DNA of 64,000 nucleotides. Source: Sulfurovum sp. (lineage in GTDB: Bacteria; Campylobacterota; Campylobacteria; Campylobacterales; Sulfurovaceae). The stretch is from the NCBI GenBank assembly GCA_028696055.1, contig JAQVHV010000001.1, positions 11,001 to 75,000 of the forward strand, read 5' to 3'. Positions 50,853 to 60,634 of this stretch are shown here, in pieces; positions within the stretch are counted from its first letter, which is position 1, and each line of letters starts with the position of its first letter. The notes beneath the pieces were generated by a model, which had not been told where the DNA came from, did not search any database, and saw nothing but the letters and a program-made list of their open reading frames with translations. The translations under genes were made by a program, and so were the position numbers.

Positions 50853-53063
50853 ATGGAAAGAGTAAAGACAGGGATAGTGGTTTCAGGCCTTTTGTTGGGC
50901 TTGTCAGTCGTGAATGCGACAGAAGATCTGGGGGAGATTCATATCTACTCTTCAACGATAGATGATAAGTTTGAAGCAAAAAAAGGGGAAGCTTCTTCTG
51001 TGTCAACGATCAGCGGAGAAAAGGTGGATGAAGCGCACGCTACAAATATTCATGAGGTTTTGAGGTCAATTCCGGGGCTTACCTCTGAAGTGACGACAGG
51101 GGATTCACTTAAGATACATATCAGAGGCGTTGAGAACCAGATGTACATGGGTGAAAAACCCGGCGTTGCAGTGGTGATCGACGGTGTACCGGTATTTGAG
51201 CGAACAGGGAGTGTCAATATCGATCTTGACAATATCGAAAGTATCAAGGTGATCAAAGGCGGTGCTTCCTATCTTTTCGGTGATGATGCATTGAGCGGGG
51301 CAGTCATCATTACAACCAAAAAGGGGGCAAAGTATGATCATAATTTTGTCTCTGTGGAAAAGGGAAGTTTCGGTTTCCAGAAACTGTTGGCCAGAACCGG
51401 TTATGCAAATGATGATTTGAGTTTTCATCTTCAGGCCAGCGAGAGAAAATCGGACGGGTACCATGAAGACTCTGATTATGCCGCCAAATATCTCAACGGC
51501 AAACTGCAATACTATATCGATGAAACATCAGATGTCACATTTGGCGCAGAGTACTCCAAAAGGGAGAAGGATTCACATGGTACGGTCGGGGGAGCAACTG
51601 AGGCCAGGACCAATCCCAAGTCGGTCTATCTTGGGGATCAGGACAGCCGGGACTACACAAGGGGCTATGATGTCGAACTCGGCAAGTTCTTTGCAACCTA
51701 CTCCAAGGATTTTGAAGACAATTCAAACCTTCTTGTCAATACCTATATCTATACCGATAATACGGAGTTTATGTCTGCACCTCAAACCAAAGATGCGAAT
51801 GGCACGAAGCAGGCATATTTTGATGATAATGACTATGTCTATAACAACTACTATGAACAGATACAAAGAGGGGTGAAAAGTGAATACAGAACAGCATCCG
51901 AATCCCATGCGACACTTCTCGGTCTGGATCTTCGAGCCAATGAGTATAAGAATAAAACCACTTATCGGGTGCCTCAGGCACTTGTTGTCTATGGCGGACC
52001 AAGTGCGGGTGTCTATCCGGACTATTACCAGCCGGGAGATTTCAACAGTGACAGTGCTACGGACGAAAAGGTCTTTGCCCTGTATGGCGAATATAAATAT
52101 GCATTCAGCAAAAAGCTGAGCGTGACCTCCAACCTGAGATATGATTTGATCAAGCTGGACTATGCAGATTATATGGATAACGCATTTAAGGAAGACTTTA
52201 AAGTGTGGTCCTACAGGCTTGGTGCCAACTATCAATTCAATGATACTGCTGCACTCTATGCCAATTTCTCTACGGGTTTCAGGGCACCGACTGTCAATCA
52301 ACTCTATGCGGGTGATGTGAGCGCATGGGGCGATACGCAGAACAACCCGGACCTAGAACCTGAAAAATCGCTCAACTATGAGATAGGGTTCAGAATGATA
52401 CAGCATGGAATCACCTATGATGTTTCACTGTTCCAGCTTGACAGGGAAGACTATATCATGAAGACTACAGGTAACTACGGAAATAGTGATGGTACTGTAA
52501 CAGAGATGTGGGATAATATCGGCGGAGCAAGACATAGAGGTCTGGAGCTTGCTGTAAGCGGCAAGATGATGGAAGCGCTCTCTTTCAATCTTGCCTATAC
52601 CTATCTGGATGCTGAATATACAGACTACAAAAACTTTGGTATCGCCATGGGCGAAAGTACCTCCTGGGCATCTGCACCTGTATACTATTATGATGTGACC
52701 GGCAACAGGATCCCAAGAACTTCAAAACATCAGGTAAACCTTATTACGGAGTATCGGGCAACGGATCATTTGAAGTTTATCACCGAGATCAATGCGAAGT
52801 CAAGCTATTATGCGGATGATCTGAATCAAATCAAAGTTGGCGGTCACGCGACGTTGGATCTGGGGGTGGATTACAAAACGAAGTTGAATGGTTATGAAGT
52901 AAGTATGTTTGCGAGAGCAGACAATATCTTTGACAAACAATATTACAGCACTGCCAGATCAAGCAGCGACAGGAATGAAGACGGTGTTTTTGATGCTGAG
53001 GATCTATCCATTACAGTCAATCACGGACGTATGATTACTGCGGGATTGAGTGTGAAGTTTTAG
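50853..53063 (+). CDS. TonB-dependent receptor
   Basis: Signal peptide, plug LRSIPG..IRG..IDGVP..IKVIKGG.S.LFG..A..G.I.I.TK, GFRAPT, LEPEKS.NYE.G, NIFDKQY, terminal F. Confidence 0.95.
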   Translation: MERVKTGIVVSGLLLGLSVVNATEDLGEIHIYSSTIDDKFEAKKGEASSVSTISGEKVDEAHATNIHEVLRSIPGLTSEVTTGDSLKIHIRGVENQMYMGEKPGVAVVIDGVPVFERTGSVNIDLDNIESIKVIKGGASYLFGDDALSGAVIITTKKGAKYDHNFVSVEKGSFGFQKLLARTGYANDDLSFHLQASERKSDGYHEDSDYAAKYLNGKLQYYIDETSDVTFGAEYSKREKDSHGTVGGATEARTNPKSVYLGDQDSRDYTRGYDVELGKFFATYSKDFEDNSNLLVNTYIYTDNTEFMSAPQTKDANGTKQAYFDDNDYVYNNYYEQIQRGVKSEYRTASESHATLLGLDLRANEYKNKTTYRVPQALVVYGGPSAGVYPDYYQPGDFNSDSATDEKVFALYGEYKYAFSKKLSVTSNLRYDLIKLDYADYMDNAFKEDFKVWSYRLGANYQFNDTAALYANFSTGFRAPTVNQLYAGDVSAWGDTQNNPDLEPEKSLNYEIGFRMIQHGITYDVSLFQLDREDYIMKTTGNYGNSDGTVTEMWDNIGGARHRGLELAVSGKMMEALSFNLAYTYLDAEYTDYKNFGIAMGESTSWASAPVYYYDVTGNRIPRTSKHQVNLITEYRATDHLKFITEINAKSSYYADDLNQIKVGGHATLDLGVDYKTKLNGYEVSMFARADNIFDKQYYSTARSSSDRNEDGVFDAEDLSITVNHGRMITAGLSVKF

Positions 53064-53154
53064 GATATTGTGCATAGAGCAATATCCCCGCAAGAGATGC
53101 AGTAAGGATTTTAATGATCAAATCCTTACATGCTTCAAAGTAGTGAAAAGCGCC

Positions 53155-54561
53155 TTAGAGGGCTTCCATCTCTTTGAGGGTTGCGAGCAGTGCACCGAGT
53201 TTATTCTTGACCTCCAGGTACTCAAGCTCGGGAATCGAATCTGCTACGACCCCGGCCCCTGCCTGCAGTGTAATGGAGTCGGGTTTGATCAGCGCGGTAC
53301 GGATGGCGATAGAGGAGTCCATATTGCCGTTAAAGGCAAAGTAGCCTACTGATCCGGAGTAGAATCCGCGCTTGAGACCCTCATACTCTGCGATCAGCTC
53401 CATCGCTTTGATCTTCGGTGCACCTGTCATGGTACCGGCCGTAAAGGTCGCCGCAAAGAGGTCGAACATATCTTTATCCTCATCGATCATCGCTTCAACA
53501 TCGGATACCAGGTGCATGACATGCGAATATCTCTCCACACGCATCATCTCAGTCACCTGTACTGTGCCTACTTTCGCCACACGTCCGACATCATTGCGTC
53601 CAAGGTCGATCAGCATCAGGTGCTCTGCTCGCTCTTTAGGGTCCGCCAGAAGCTCGGCTTCGAGCTCTTTGTCCCGCTGATGGGTTTTGCCTCTTTTGCG
53701 TGTACCTGCGATCGGGCGCAGGAGTATTTCGCCGTTGGTAAGCCTTACCATTACTTCGGGGCTTGAACCGCAGATAGCAAAATCTTCATACTCAAGCAGA
53801 AACAGATAAGGTGAGGGGTTCTTTGATCGCAGAACCCTGTAGAAGCTCAGCGGATCGATCTTCCCTTTCTGCGTATAGCGGTTGGAGAGCAGTATCTGGA
53901 AGATATCCCCGGCGCGGATATTCTCTTTGCACTCATCCACCATCGCTTTAAAGCGTTCTTCCTCGATACTGAACTCGCCTTCACCTTCCAGCTCAACGGG
54001 TTGAAGCAGCATAGGTATGCAGATGTCGCCAAGAGACTTTTCTATCTCATTGAACTCGCTGTTCAGGCGTGCATCATTCAAAATCAGTGTCAGCTTGGCA
54101 TTTTTGTGGGAATAGGCGATGATGATCGATGGGCGCACAAGATCCAGATCCGGAGTATTCAGCGGATCATAGAGGTTATCCATGCTCTTCTCGAGGACAG
54201 GCTCAAAGACTTTGACCATATCATACCCGATGAAACCGATGAATCCGTCAACAAACGAGAATCCGACCTCTTCAGCTTTTGCCTGATACGCTGTCTGGTC
54301 CAAAGAAGCATAGTATGACTTAAGGAAGCTGAAAGGGTTCTCTGAAAGGTTTCGGACGCTTCCGCTCTGGTCGGTGTAGCGTGTTGTGTGATTTTTGTAG
54401 CTGAGGCGCTCCTGTGCTCCTATGGTAATAAAAGAGAAGTTCCCATCAGCAGTATTGACAACACTTTCAAAGAGCATGGTGATCTCATCAGGGAAGAGCG
54501 TTTTGATCTTCCCGTAGAGTGCTACCGGGGTGAGTTGGTCAAATAGTATAGTTTTATGCAT
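53155..54561 (-). CDS. trpE: Anthranilate synthase component I
   Basis: NPSPY, GSSPE, PIAGTRKRG, EHLMLIDLGRND, GTMTGAPK, AGAGVVADS. Confidence 0.9.
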   Translation of the reverse strand: MHKTILFDQLTPVALYGKIKTLFPDEITMLFESVVNTADGNFSFITIGAQERLSYKNHTTRYTDQSGSVRNLSENPFSFLKSYYASLDQTAYQAKAEEVGFSFVDGFIGFIGYDMVKVFEPVLEKSMDNLYDPLNTPDLDLVRPSIIIAYSHKNAKLTLILNDARLNSEFNEIEKSLGDICIPMLLQPVELEGEGEFSIEEERFKAMVDECKENIRAGDIFQILLSNRYTQKGKIDPLSFYRVLRSKNPSPYLFLLEYEDFAICGSSPEVMVRLTNGEILLRPIAGTRKRGKTHQRDKELEAELLADPKERAEHLMLIDLGRNDVGRVAKVGTVQVTEMMRVERYSHVMHLVSDVEAMIDEDKDMFDLFAATFTAGTMTGAPKIKAMELIAEYEGLKRGFYSGSVGYFAFNGNMDSSIAIRTALIKPDSITLQAGAGVVADSIPELEYLEVKNKLGALLATLKEMEAL

Positions 54562-54570
54562 GATTACTTC

Positions 54571-55428
54571 TTATTTGAGCAGAAATGCGTTTTTATTGAT
54601 ACGGTCTTTGACTTTGACCAGTGCGCGTTCGGCCGAACTTCTGTCCTGATACGGACCTATTAGGAGTTTTCTGAGCCCTCTGGGATTTTTATTGGTGATC
54701 GTATAAGCAAATCCGTTTTGGGAGATTCTCTCCAGGAAACGCTTACTTGGAACAGTACTGAAAGCACCTACCTGAATATAATAGCCTCCGCTCTGTATCC
54801 CTTCTGAGCTCTTTGAATGGGGTCTGGTGATAGGATTCGCAGGTTTAGGCCTTGGCTGCTGCGCAGTTGTACCTGTAGGCTTCGGTGTTGTTTTCTGGTA
54901 GCTTTTCTCCGGGGTGCGTGGCTCTGTTCTGAGAGGAACAGATTCCTCTGCGGTATCCAAAATATCCGTTGGTTTCTCTTCCTCGGCTTTTGGCATTCCT
55001 GCTGGTACAGGTTCCTTCTCTGTTTCGACTTCCAGCTTCTGGGCAACGGCTTGTTGAGGCGCTTCTGATATCTCTGTGGTCTCTTTTGTTGCCGGCGCAG
55101 GAACCTCCTCAGTGACTTTTTGGGATACCGTCTCTTCTGAGATATCAAGCAGGTCCCCTTCTTCTGATGATATTAACGGTTCAGACGTTTCGCCCTCAGG
55201 CTCCGTGATGCTTTGCAGTGTCAGGTCGGGACTGATTATCTCTGTCTCATTCTGTTCAAAAAGAAGCTGATCCTGTTTTGGATCCTTGAGCAGGATCTTG
55301 GTAAAGATAATGGATACGATCAATACAACAATTGCCAGCGCAATAATTGTCAGAAAACTTTTTGCTTTGTTGGATTGGTTTGGTTGTATATCATCGATAA
55401 TAAGGTCATCAAGATTATGATCGTTCAT
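54571..55428 (-). CDS. SPOR-domain cell-division protein (FtsN/DedD-like)
   Basis: Single N-terminal TM, low-complexity linker, YYIQVGAF...LIGPY. Confidence 0.88.
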   Translation of the reverse strand: MNDHNLDDLIIDDIQPNQSNKAKSFLTIIALAIVVLIVSIIFTKILLKDPKQDQLLFEQNETEIISPDLTLQSITEPEGETSEPLISSEEGDLLDISEETVSQKVTEEVPAPATKETTEISEAPQQAVAQKLEVETEKEPVPAGMPKAEEEKPTDILDTAEESVPLRTEPRTPEKSYQKTTPKPTGTTAQQPRPKPANPITRPHSKSSEGIQSGGYYIQVGAFSTVPSKRFLERISQNGFAYTITNKNPRGLRKLLIGPYQDRSSAERALVKVKDRINKNAFLLK

Positions 55429-55697
55429 AGCAGAAAATCTCTCCCAAATAAATTTAGTTTGATTATATCATATTTATCTATATAGATGATTAGGAGTTCT
55501 ATCTGAGTCAATGTGAAACATTGTTTCAAATAATTTTTAATCTAAAAATAATAATAAGTTATTAGAAATAATAAATTGAGTAGAGGCTTCAAAGCCTGCG
55601 AAAGGGTATCAAACGGAGAGTTCATCACGGGTGAGGATGGTTTCCTGGATCAGGCAGCCAGTGATGCGAAAAAACACCTTGTAACAGAGGTATTCTC

Positions 55698-55729
55698 AAA
55701 AACAGTCAGTGTAGAGTAATCTACACGAC
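55698..55729 (-). terminator. Probable intrinsic terminator after the DUF1882 gene
   Basis: Minus strand GTCGTGTAG-loop-CTACACTGAC followed by TGTTTTT. Confidence 0.5.
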
Positions 55730-55768
55730 TTCTTCTTCCCTCTCTTTTAAGGGGGGGAGATCTCTGCC

Positions 55769-56263
55769 TTAGAGTGCTTTGTAGGGAAGCGTAACGATAT
55801 TATACGCTTCCGGTAAAGAGCTGTCGGGCAGACATTTCCACTTTTTTGTAAGCTTTTGTTTGAGCATCTCCGAGAGCTCCTTCAGACGTCTATCCGCCTC
55901 TTCCAAAGAGAGCCTTTCCACCTCGATAAACACCTGCAAGCGTTCTTCGCTCTTCCCTTGATAGATATGATAGTGCTCTATCTCCAAAGCAGAAAAAAGA
56001 TGTTTGACCAGGTGGTGGAACCTCTGGTGCTCCTCCCCTTTGTATTCGATCACGAGATAGTCGGTATATCCTTCGTTAAGCAGTGGTGCGGCAATGGTAA
56101 ATTCATGTTGCAGATGCTGATCCAGCAGCAAAGGGGTCAGAGGTTCGTCGATACGTTCGAACTTGGCATAAAAAGTACGGTTGTTGAAGACGATCTGTTC
56201 AACGATGCTGTTGCGTTTGATATAGTAGTGGGTATCGATAAGATCGAGGTCAAATACTTTCAA
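55769..56263 (-). CDS. DUF1882 family protein
   Basis: HYYIKR..IV..I....RTFY.KFER, LP....PEAYNI.TLPY; position after glyA typical of Campylobacterota. Confidence 0.75.
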   Translation of the reverse strand: MKVFDLDLIDTHYYIKRNSIVEQIVFNNRTFYAKFERIDEPLTPLLLDQHLQHEFTIAAPLLNEGYTDYLVIEYKGEEHQRFHHLVKHLFSALEIEHYHIYQGKSEERLQVFIEVERLSLEEADRRLKELSEMLKQKLTKKWKCLPDSSLPEAYNIVTLPYKAL

Positions 56264-56287
56264 CTATTTGACCTCGGTTACAGCTTC

Positions 56288-56336
56288 GTCATCCTGAACT
56301 GGTTTCAGAATGAGAGTCATGGAGATATTGAAACCG
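56288..56336. repeat. Degenerate GTCAT-type REP-like element
   Basis: GTCATCCTGAACTGGTTTCAGAATGA palindrome followed by AGATATTGAAACC. Confidence 0.4.
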
Positions 56337-56353
56337 TTTTTAATCATTAATGA

Positions 56354-57604
56354 TTAATAGATCGGCTTGTCATAGATTTTAAAGTTTGATGCAAGTGCCT
56401 TCATCTCTTCTTTGATCTTCGCGTGAAGCTCGGCATCGTTGATGTTGTCAAGCACATCTGCGATCTTGTTAGCGATGATCTTGAACTCCGCCTCTTTCAT
56501 CCCTCTGCTGGTCAGTGCCGGTGAACCGATACGGATACCCGAAGTGACAAACGGGCTTCTAGTCTCACCCGGTACCGTGTTTTTGTTTACGGTGATACCC
56601 GCTGCACCAAGTGCCGCGTCCGCATCTTTGCCTGAGAACTCTTTATTGAGGAAAGAGAGAAGCACAAGGTGGTTGTCCGTACCGCCGGAAACAACGTCAT
56701 ATCCTCTTTCCATCAAGATCTCCGCGAGTACCGCAGCATTGGCTTTGACCTGTTTTGCATAGACCTTCCATTCAGGGCTCAGGTTGTGTTTGAAACCTAC
56801 GGCTTTTGCTGCAACGACATGCACAAGCGGACCGCCCTGAAGACCCGGGAATATCGCAGAGTTGATCTTCTTGGCGATCTCTTCGTCGTTCGTCATGATC
56901 ATACCGCCGCGTGGACCAGCAAGTGTTTTATGCGTGGTTGTCGTCACTACATCCGCATACGGGAACGGACTTGGATGCTCTCCCGCACATACGAGTCCTG
57001 CAATGTGTGCGATATCAGCAAAGAGGATCGCGCCTACTTCATCAGCGATCTCGCGGAACTTTTTAAAGTCGATCTCTCTGGCATATGCCGAAGCACCGCA
57101 GACGATGATCTGTGGCTGTACGATCTTTGCGATATCCATCACTCTGTCGTAGTTGATACGGCCGTCAAGCTCTACACCGTAAGTGAAGCTTTGGTAGTTT
57201 TTACCGGAGAAGCTCGGCTTGGAGCCGTGGGTAAGGTGGCCACCGTGGCTAAGGTCCATACCAAGGATCTTCTCACCGGCTTTTAGCAGTGCAGCGTATA
57301 CCGCACCGTTTGCCTGAGAACCTGAATGCGGCTGAACGTTTGCATAGCTACAGTTAAACAGTTCACACGCTCTGTCGATCGCCAGTTGCTCTACCACATC
57401 GGCATTCTCACATCCACCGTAGTATCTTTTATACGGGTAACCCTCTGCATATTTGTTCGTAAATACCGAACCCATCGCTTCCATGACAGCCGGGATAGTG
57501 AAGTTCTCACTCGCGATCATCTCAAGGTGATCAGTCTGTCGTTCGAGCTCATTATTGATCGCTTCAAAAATTTCCGGGTCGAAAGTTTCCATTGCGTATG
57601 ACAT
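56354..57604 (-). CDS. glyA: Serine hydroxymethyltransferase
   Basis: [40 protein letters not shown]. Confidence 0.98.
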   Translation of the reverse strand: MSYAMETFDPEIFEAINNELERQTDHLEMIASENFTIPAVMEAMGSVFTNKYAEGYPYKRYYGGCENADVVEQLAIDRACELFNCSYANVQPHSGSQANGAVYAALLKAGEKILGMDLSHGGHLTHGSKPSFSGKNYQSFTYGVELDGRINYDRVMDIAKIVQPQIIVCGASAYAREIDFKKFREIADEVGAILFADIAHIAGLVCAGEHPSPFPYADVVTTTTHKTLAGPRGGMIMTNDEEIAKKINSAIFPGLQGGPLVHVVAAKAVGFKHNLSPEWKVYAKQVKANAAVLAEILMERGYDVVSGGTDNHLVLLSFLNKEFSGKDADAALGAAGITVNKNTVPGETRSPFVTSGIRIGSPALTSRGMKEAEFKIIANKIADVLDNINDAELHAKIKEEMKALASNFKIYDKPIY

Positions 57605-57748
57605 GTTATTCCTTTTCCCGATGATATCGGTGGGTAATTTTTTGAATGTATTTATAGCAAAATTCGGCTAAGGGGAGGGTAAAATGAAGAAAATTTATCT
57701 TTTGATTTGCCAATGTGTTGGAGTGGCAGGACGGGAGTACCTGCCTAC

Positions 57749-57770
57749 AAAAAAGCGGATGGTATCCGTC
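57749..57770 (-). terminator. Intrinsic terminator after lysS
   Basis: Minus strand GACGGAT-ACC-ATCCGC then TTTTTT. Confidence 0.6.
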
Positions 57771-59423
57771 TTATTTTTTGTTGGCCGCTCTCTCTTTGCA
57801 GGCATTGACATCGATACAGAACATCCCCTTGCCTTTTTTGGCAGGTTTGAGCTCTTCTGTGACATCATGGCCGCACTTCTTGCACAGGTTCTCCACATCG
57901 CAAAGCGGCTGCAGTTCCGGACGCGGCACTTCAGGTTTCATCGCAGGGAAGAGAAGTACGTCACGGATCGAGTGCTGGTTGGTCAGCATCATCACAAGAC
58001 GGTCGATACCGATACCTTCACCCGCAGTTGGCGTCATACCGTAGCTGAGCGCTTTGACATAGTCGGTATCCATATGCATCGCTTCGTCATCGCCTGTCGT
58101 CTCTTTTGCATCGACCTGGCCTTTGAACCGCTCATACTGGTCGATCGGGTCATTGAGTTCAGAGAAGCCGTTGGCGATCTCTTTGCCCGCCATGAAGAGC
58201 TCGAAACGTTCTGCGATATCCGGGTTCTCATCGCTTCTTCTCGCCAGCGGCGAGATATCTACCGGGAAGTCGGTGATATAGGTCGGGTTGATCAGCTTGC
58301 CTTCCACGAACTCATCGAAAAGTTCCGCCTGGAGGTAGCCCAGAGTCAGGTTCGGGTCCACCTCGATCTTGTGCTCCTTCAGGTAGGCAACGATCTTCTC
58401 CCTGTCATTTGTGATCTCGGCAGGTACGCCGCCGATCGTCGTCAGGGAATCGATATAGGGTACCTTGGCAAACGGTGTGGAAAAGTCGATCTCAAGCTCT
58501 CCATAAGGGAGCTTTCTCTCCAGTCCCAGGTGATCGAAGAGGTAGTCAAAGAGCTCCTCGGTGATCTTCATCAGATCATCATATCTGTGGTATGCCCAGT
58601 AGAACTCGATCATTGTGAATTCAGGGTTGTGGGTATGGTCCATCCCCTCGTTACGGAAGTTTCTGTTGATCTCGAAGACCGCTTCCATACCGCCTACGAT
58701 CAGACGTTTGAGGTAGAGTTCGGGGGCGATACGCAGGTATCTTTCCACATCGAGCGCATTGTGATGCGTGATGAAGGGCCTTGCATTTGCCCCGCCCGGG
58801 ATCGGGTGCATCATCGGTGTCTCCACCTCAAGGAAGTTCTTCTCTTCGAAGAATCTTCTGACAAGAGAGACGATCCTGCTTCTCATGATAAAGGTCTCTT
58901 TGACCTCTGCGTTCATGATCATATCTAGATAGCGCTGTCGGTAACGAAGTTCTGGGTCCTGCAAGCCGTGGAACTTCTCAGGCAGCGGGGAGATCGCTTT
59001 GCTGACGATATTGATCTCTTTGCAGTGCAGGGTGATCTCACCGGTCTGTGTGACAAACGGGAAGCCCTTCGCTTCGATGATATCCCCGACTTCAAAAAGC
59101 TTTTTGACTATGTTATTGTAATACCCCTCGGGGAGATCGTCGCGACTGTAGTAGATCTGCACAAGGCCTTCGCTATCCTCTATCTTTGCAAATGCCGCTT
59201 TACCCATGATACGCACAAATTTGATACGCCCTGTCAGTGTGTACTCCCTGGACTCATCCTTCTTGACCTCTGCATCCATCGAGAGAAGGTCTTCATTCTC
59301 TCTGAGAAATTGCTTGGAAGGTATCCCTTTCTTGACCTGATTGGGGTAGGGGTTGATCCCCTCTTCTCTTAGTTTTTCTGTTTTTTTGATACGTTCCTGG
59401 ATATATTGATTATCAAATATCAA
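57771..59423 (-). CDS. lysS: Lysine--tRNA ligase (class II) with a Cys-rich C-terminal extension
   Basis: [45 protein letters not shown]. Confidence 0.97.
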   Translation of the reverse strand: MIFDNQYIQERIKKTEKLREEGINPYPNQVKKGIPSKQFLRENEDLLSMDAEVKKDESREYTLTGRIKFVRIMGKAAFAKIEDSEGLVQIYYSRDDLPEGYYNNIVKKLFEVGDIIEAKGFPFVTQTGEITLHCKEINIVSKAISPLPEKFHGLQDPELRYRQRYLDMIMNAEVKETFIMRSRIVSLVRRFFEEKNFLEVETPMMHPIPGGANARPFITHHNALDVERYLRIAPELYLKRLIVGGMEAVFEINRNFRNEGMDHTHNPEFTMIEFYWAYHRYDDLMKITEELFDYLFDHLGLERKLPYGELEIDFSTPFAKVPYIDSLTTIGGVPAEITNDREKIVAYLKEHKIEVDPNLTLGYLQAELFDEFVEGKLINPTYITDFPVDISPLARRSDENPDIAERFELFMAGKEIANGFSELNDPIDQYERFKGQVDAKETTGDDEAMHMDTDYVKALSYGMTPTAGEGIGIDRLVMMLTNQHSIRDVLLFPAMKPEVPRPELQPLCDVENLCKKCGHDVTEELKPAKKGKGMFCIDVNACKERAANKK

Positions 59424-59475
59424 AGTGGCTCCTATTGTAAGTTGGTTCTTTTTCTTTCATTTTTTTTCGAAAGTA

Positions 59476-59931
59476 TTATGCTTCCGATTCCGCTTTTTGG
59501 CACGCTTCGCAGATCCCTTCGATCTTCATCGTATGGCCTGTCATTTTGAAGTTGAATTTCTGAGCGATCGCTTCCTGGCGTTCCTCTATGGTCTCATCAT
59601 AAAACTCGATGATCTTACCGCATTGGGTACAGATGAGATGGTCATGGTGTTTTTTGAGTCCCAGTTCATACTTTTTGCCCTGAATGCCGAAAGAGATAGA
59701 ACTGACGATATGGGACTCCTCAAGCAGTGTCAGGGTACGGTAGACCGTGGCAATACCGATGTTGACATCAGGATGTTCCTTTTTCAGTTGCATATAGATA
59801 TCTTCAGGGGTGTAATGTCCCTTGTTTTGATAGAGGAACTTTAAAATAAGCTCTCGCTGCTTGGTAAATTTGAGAGAGTTTTTTTTGAGCAATTCTTTAA
59901 ATTTTTCTAAAAGTCCGTTATATGAGATCAT
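59476..59931 (-). CDS. fur: Fur family transcriptional regulator
   Basis: TKQR..IL, ATVYRTL, HHDHLICTQCG, G.CEAC. Confidence 0.93.
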   Translation of the reverse strand: MISYNGLLEKFKELLKKNSLKFTKQRELILKFLYQNKGHYTPEDIYMQLKKEHPDVNIGIATVYRTLTLLEESHIVSSISFGIQGKKYELGLKKHHDHLICTQCGKIIEFYDETIEERQEAIAQKFNFKMTGHTMKIEGICEACQKAESEA

Positions 59932-59942
59932 CAGCTACCCTT

Positions 59943-60578
59943 TTATTGTGTCATTGTACTGGTCTTATTCTCTTCCTGCGTGTGTGTTGTCTGTCCGGGG
60001 AAACGCGATGTTGCATTGGTTTCGTTCCTTTCTGAGAAAGAGACCGTCTCAAGGCCAAGCGCCTTCGTGTCAAGATTGATCAGGTAAGATCCCGCAGCAT
60101 AGAGATAGGGAAAGAGCTGGCTGCCCTGCGTATAGGTTTCAACTTTCTCTTTGATCAGTTTTACATTTGAAAGGGCGGTCACGATCAGCGCAAAGATGAC
60201 GAAGTACTTCCCCCCGCCGATTATAAGCCCAAGGAGACGGTTGATAAACCCCAATCCGCTTGCAGAGGTGAGTTTGGACAAGAGTACACCGATCAGGGTT
60301 GCGCCTGTCCATATAATGATCAAAACCGCAATAAATCCGATCAGTTCGAGTATCGCAGGATTGTCGAGCTGCAGGAAGTTCGCTTCGACAAATGCAGCGG
60401 CTTTTTCCGAGAGACGGGAAGCAAAGTAGACCCCTGCGATCAGTCCGACCAGACCGAAAAACTCTTTGATGAAACCGTTCACAAAGCCCTTGATCCCCAG
60501 TATAATAATGATCGCACTTATGGTCACATCAAAGTAGTTGAAGTCAACCATTGAAAAGTTTTCCAGTGAAAAATCCAT
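59943..60578 (-). CDS. cvpA: CvpA family protein
   Basis: GFVNGFIKE, NRLLG...G; upstream of fur. Confidence 0.88.
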   Translation of the reverse strand: MDFSLENFSMVDFNYFDVTISAIIIILGIKGFVNGFIKEFFGLVGLIAGVYFASRLSEKAAAFVEANFLQLDNPAILELIGFIAVLIIIWTGATLIGVLLSKLTSASGLGFINRLLGLIIGGGKYFVIFALIVTALSNVKLIKEKVETYTQGSQLFPYLYAAGSYLINLDTKALGLETVSFSERNETNATSRFPGQTTHTQEENKTSTMTQ

Positions 60579-60634
60579 GCTCTTACCTGCACTCCAAAAT
60601 TATTTTGTGTATTGTATCGAAAAAGGCTTAGTGC

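Noticed and set aside
57684-58928. 414-aa plus-strand ORF opposite lysS
   Set aside because: Antisense shadow ORF with no recognisable domain
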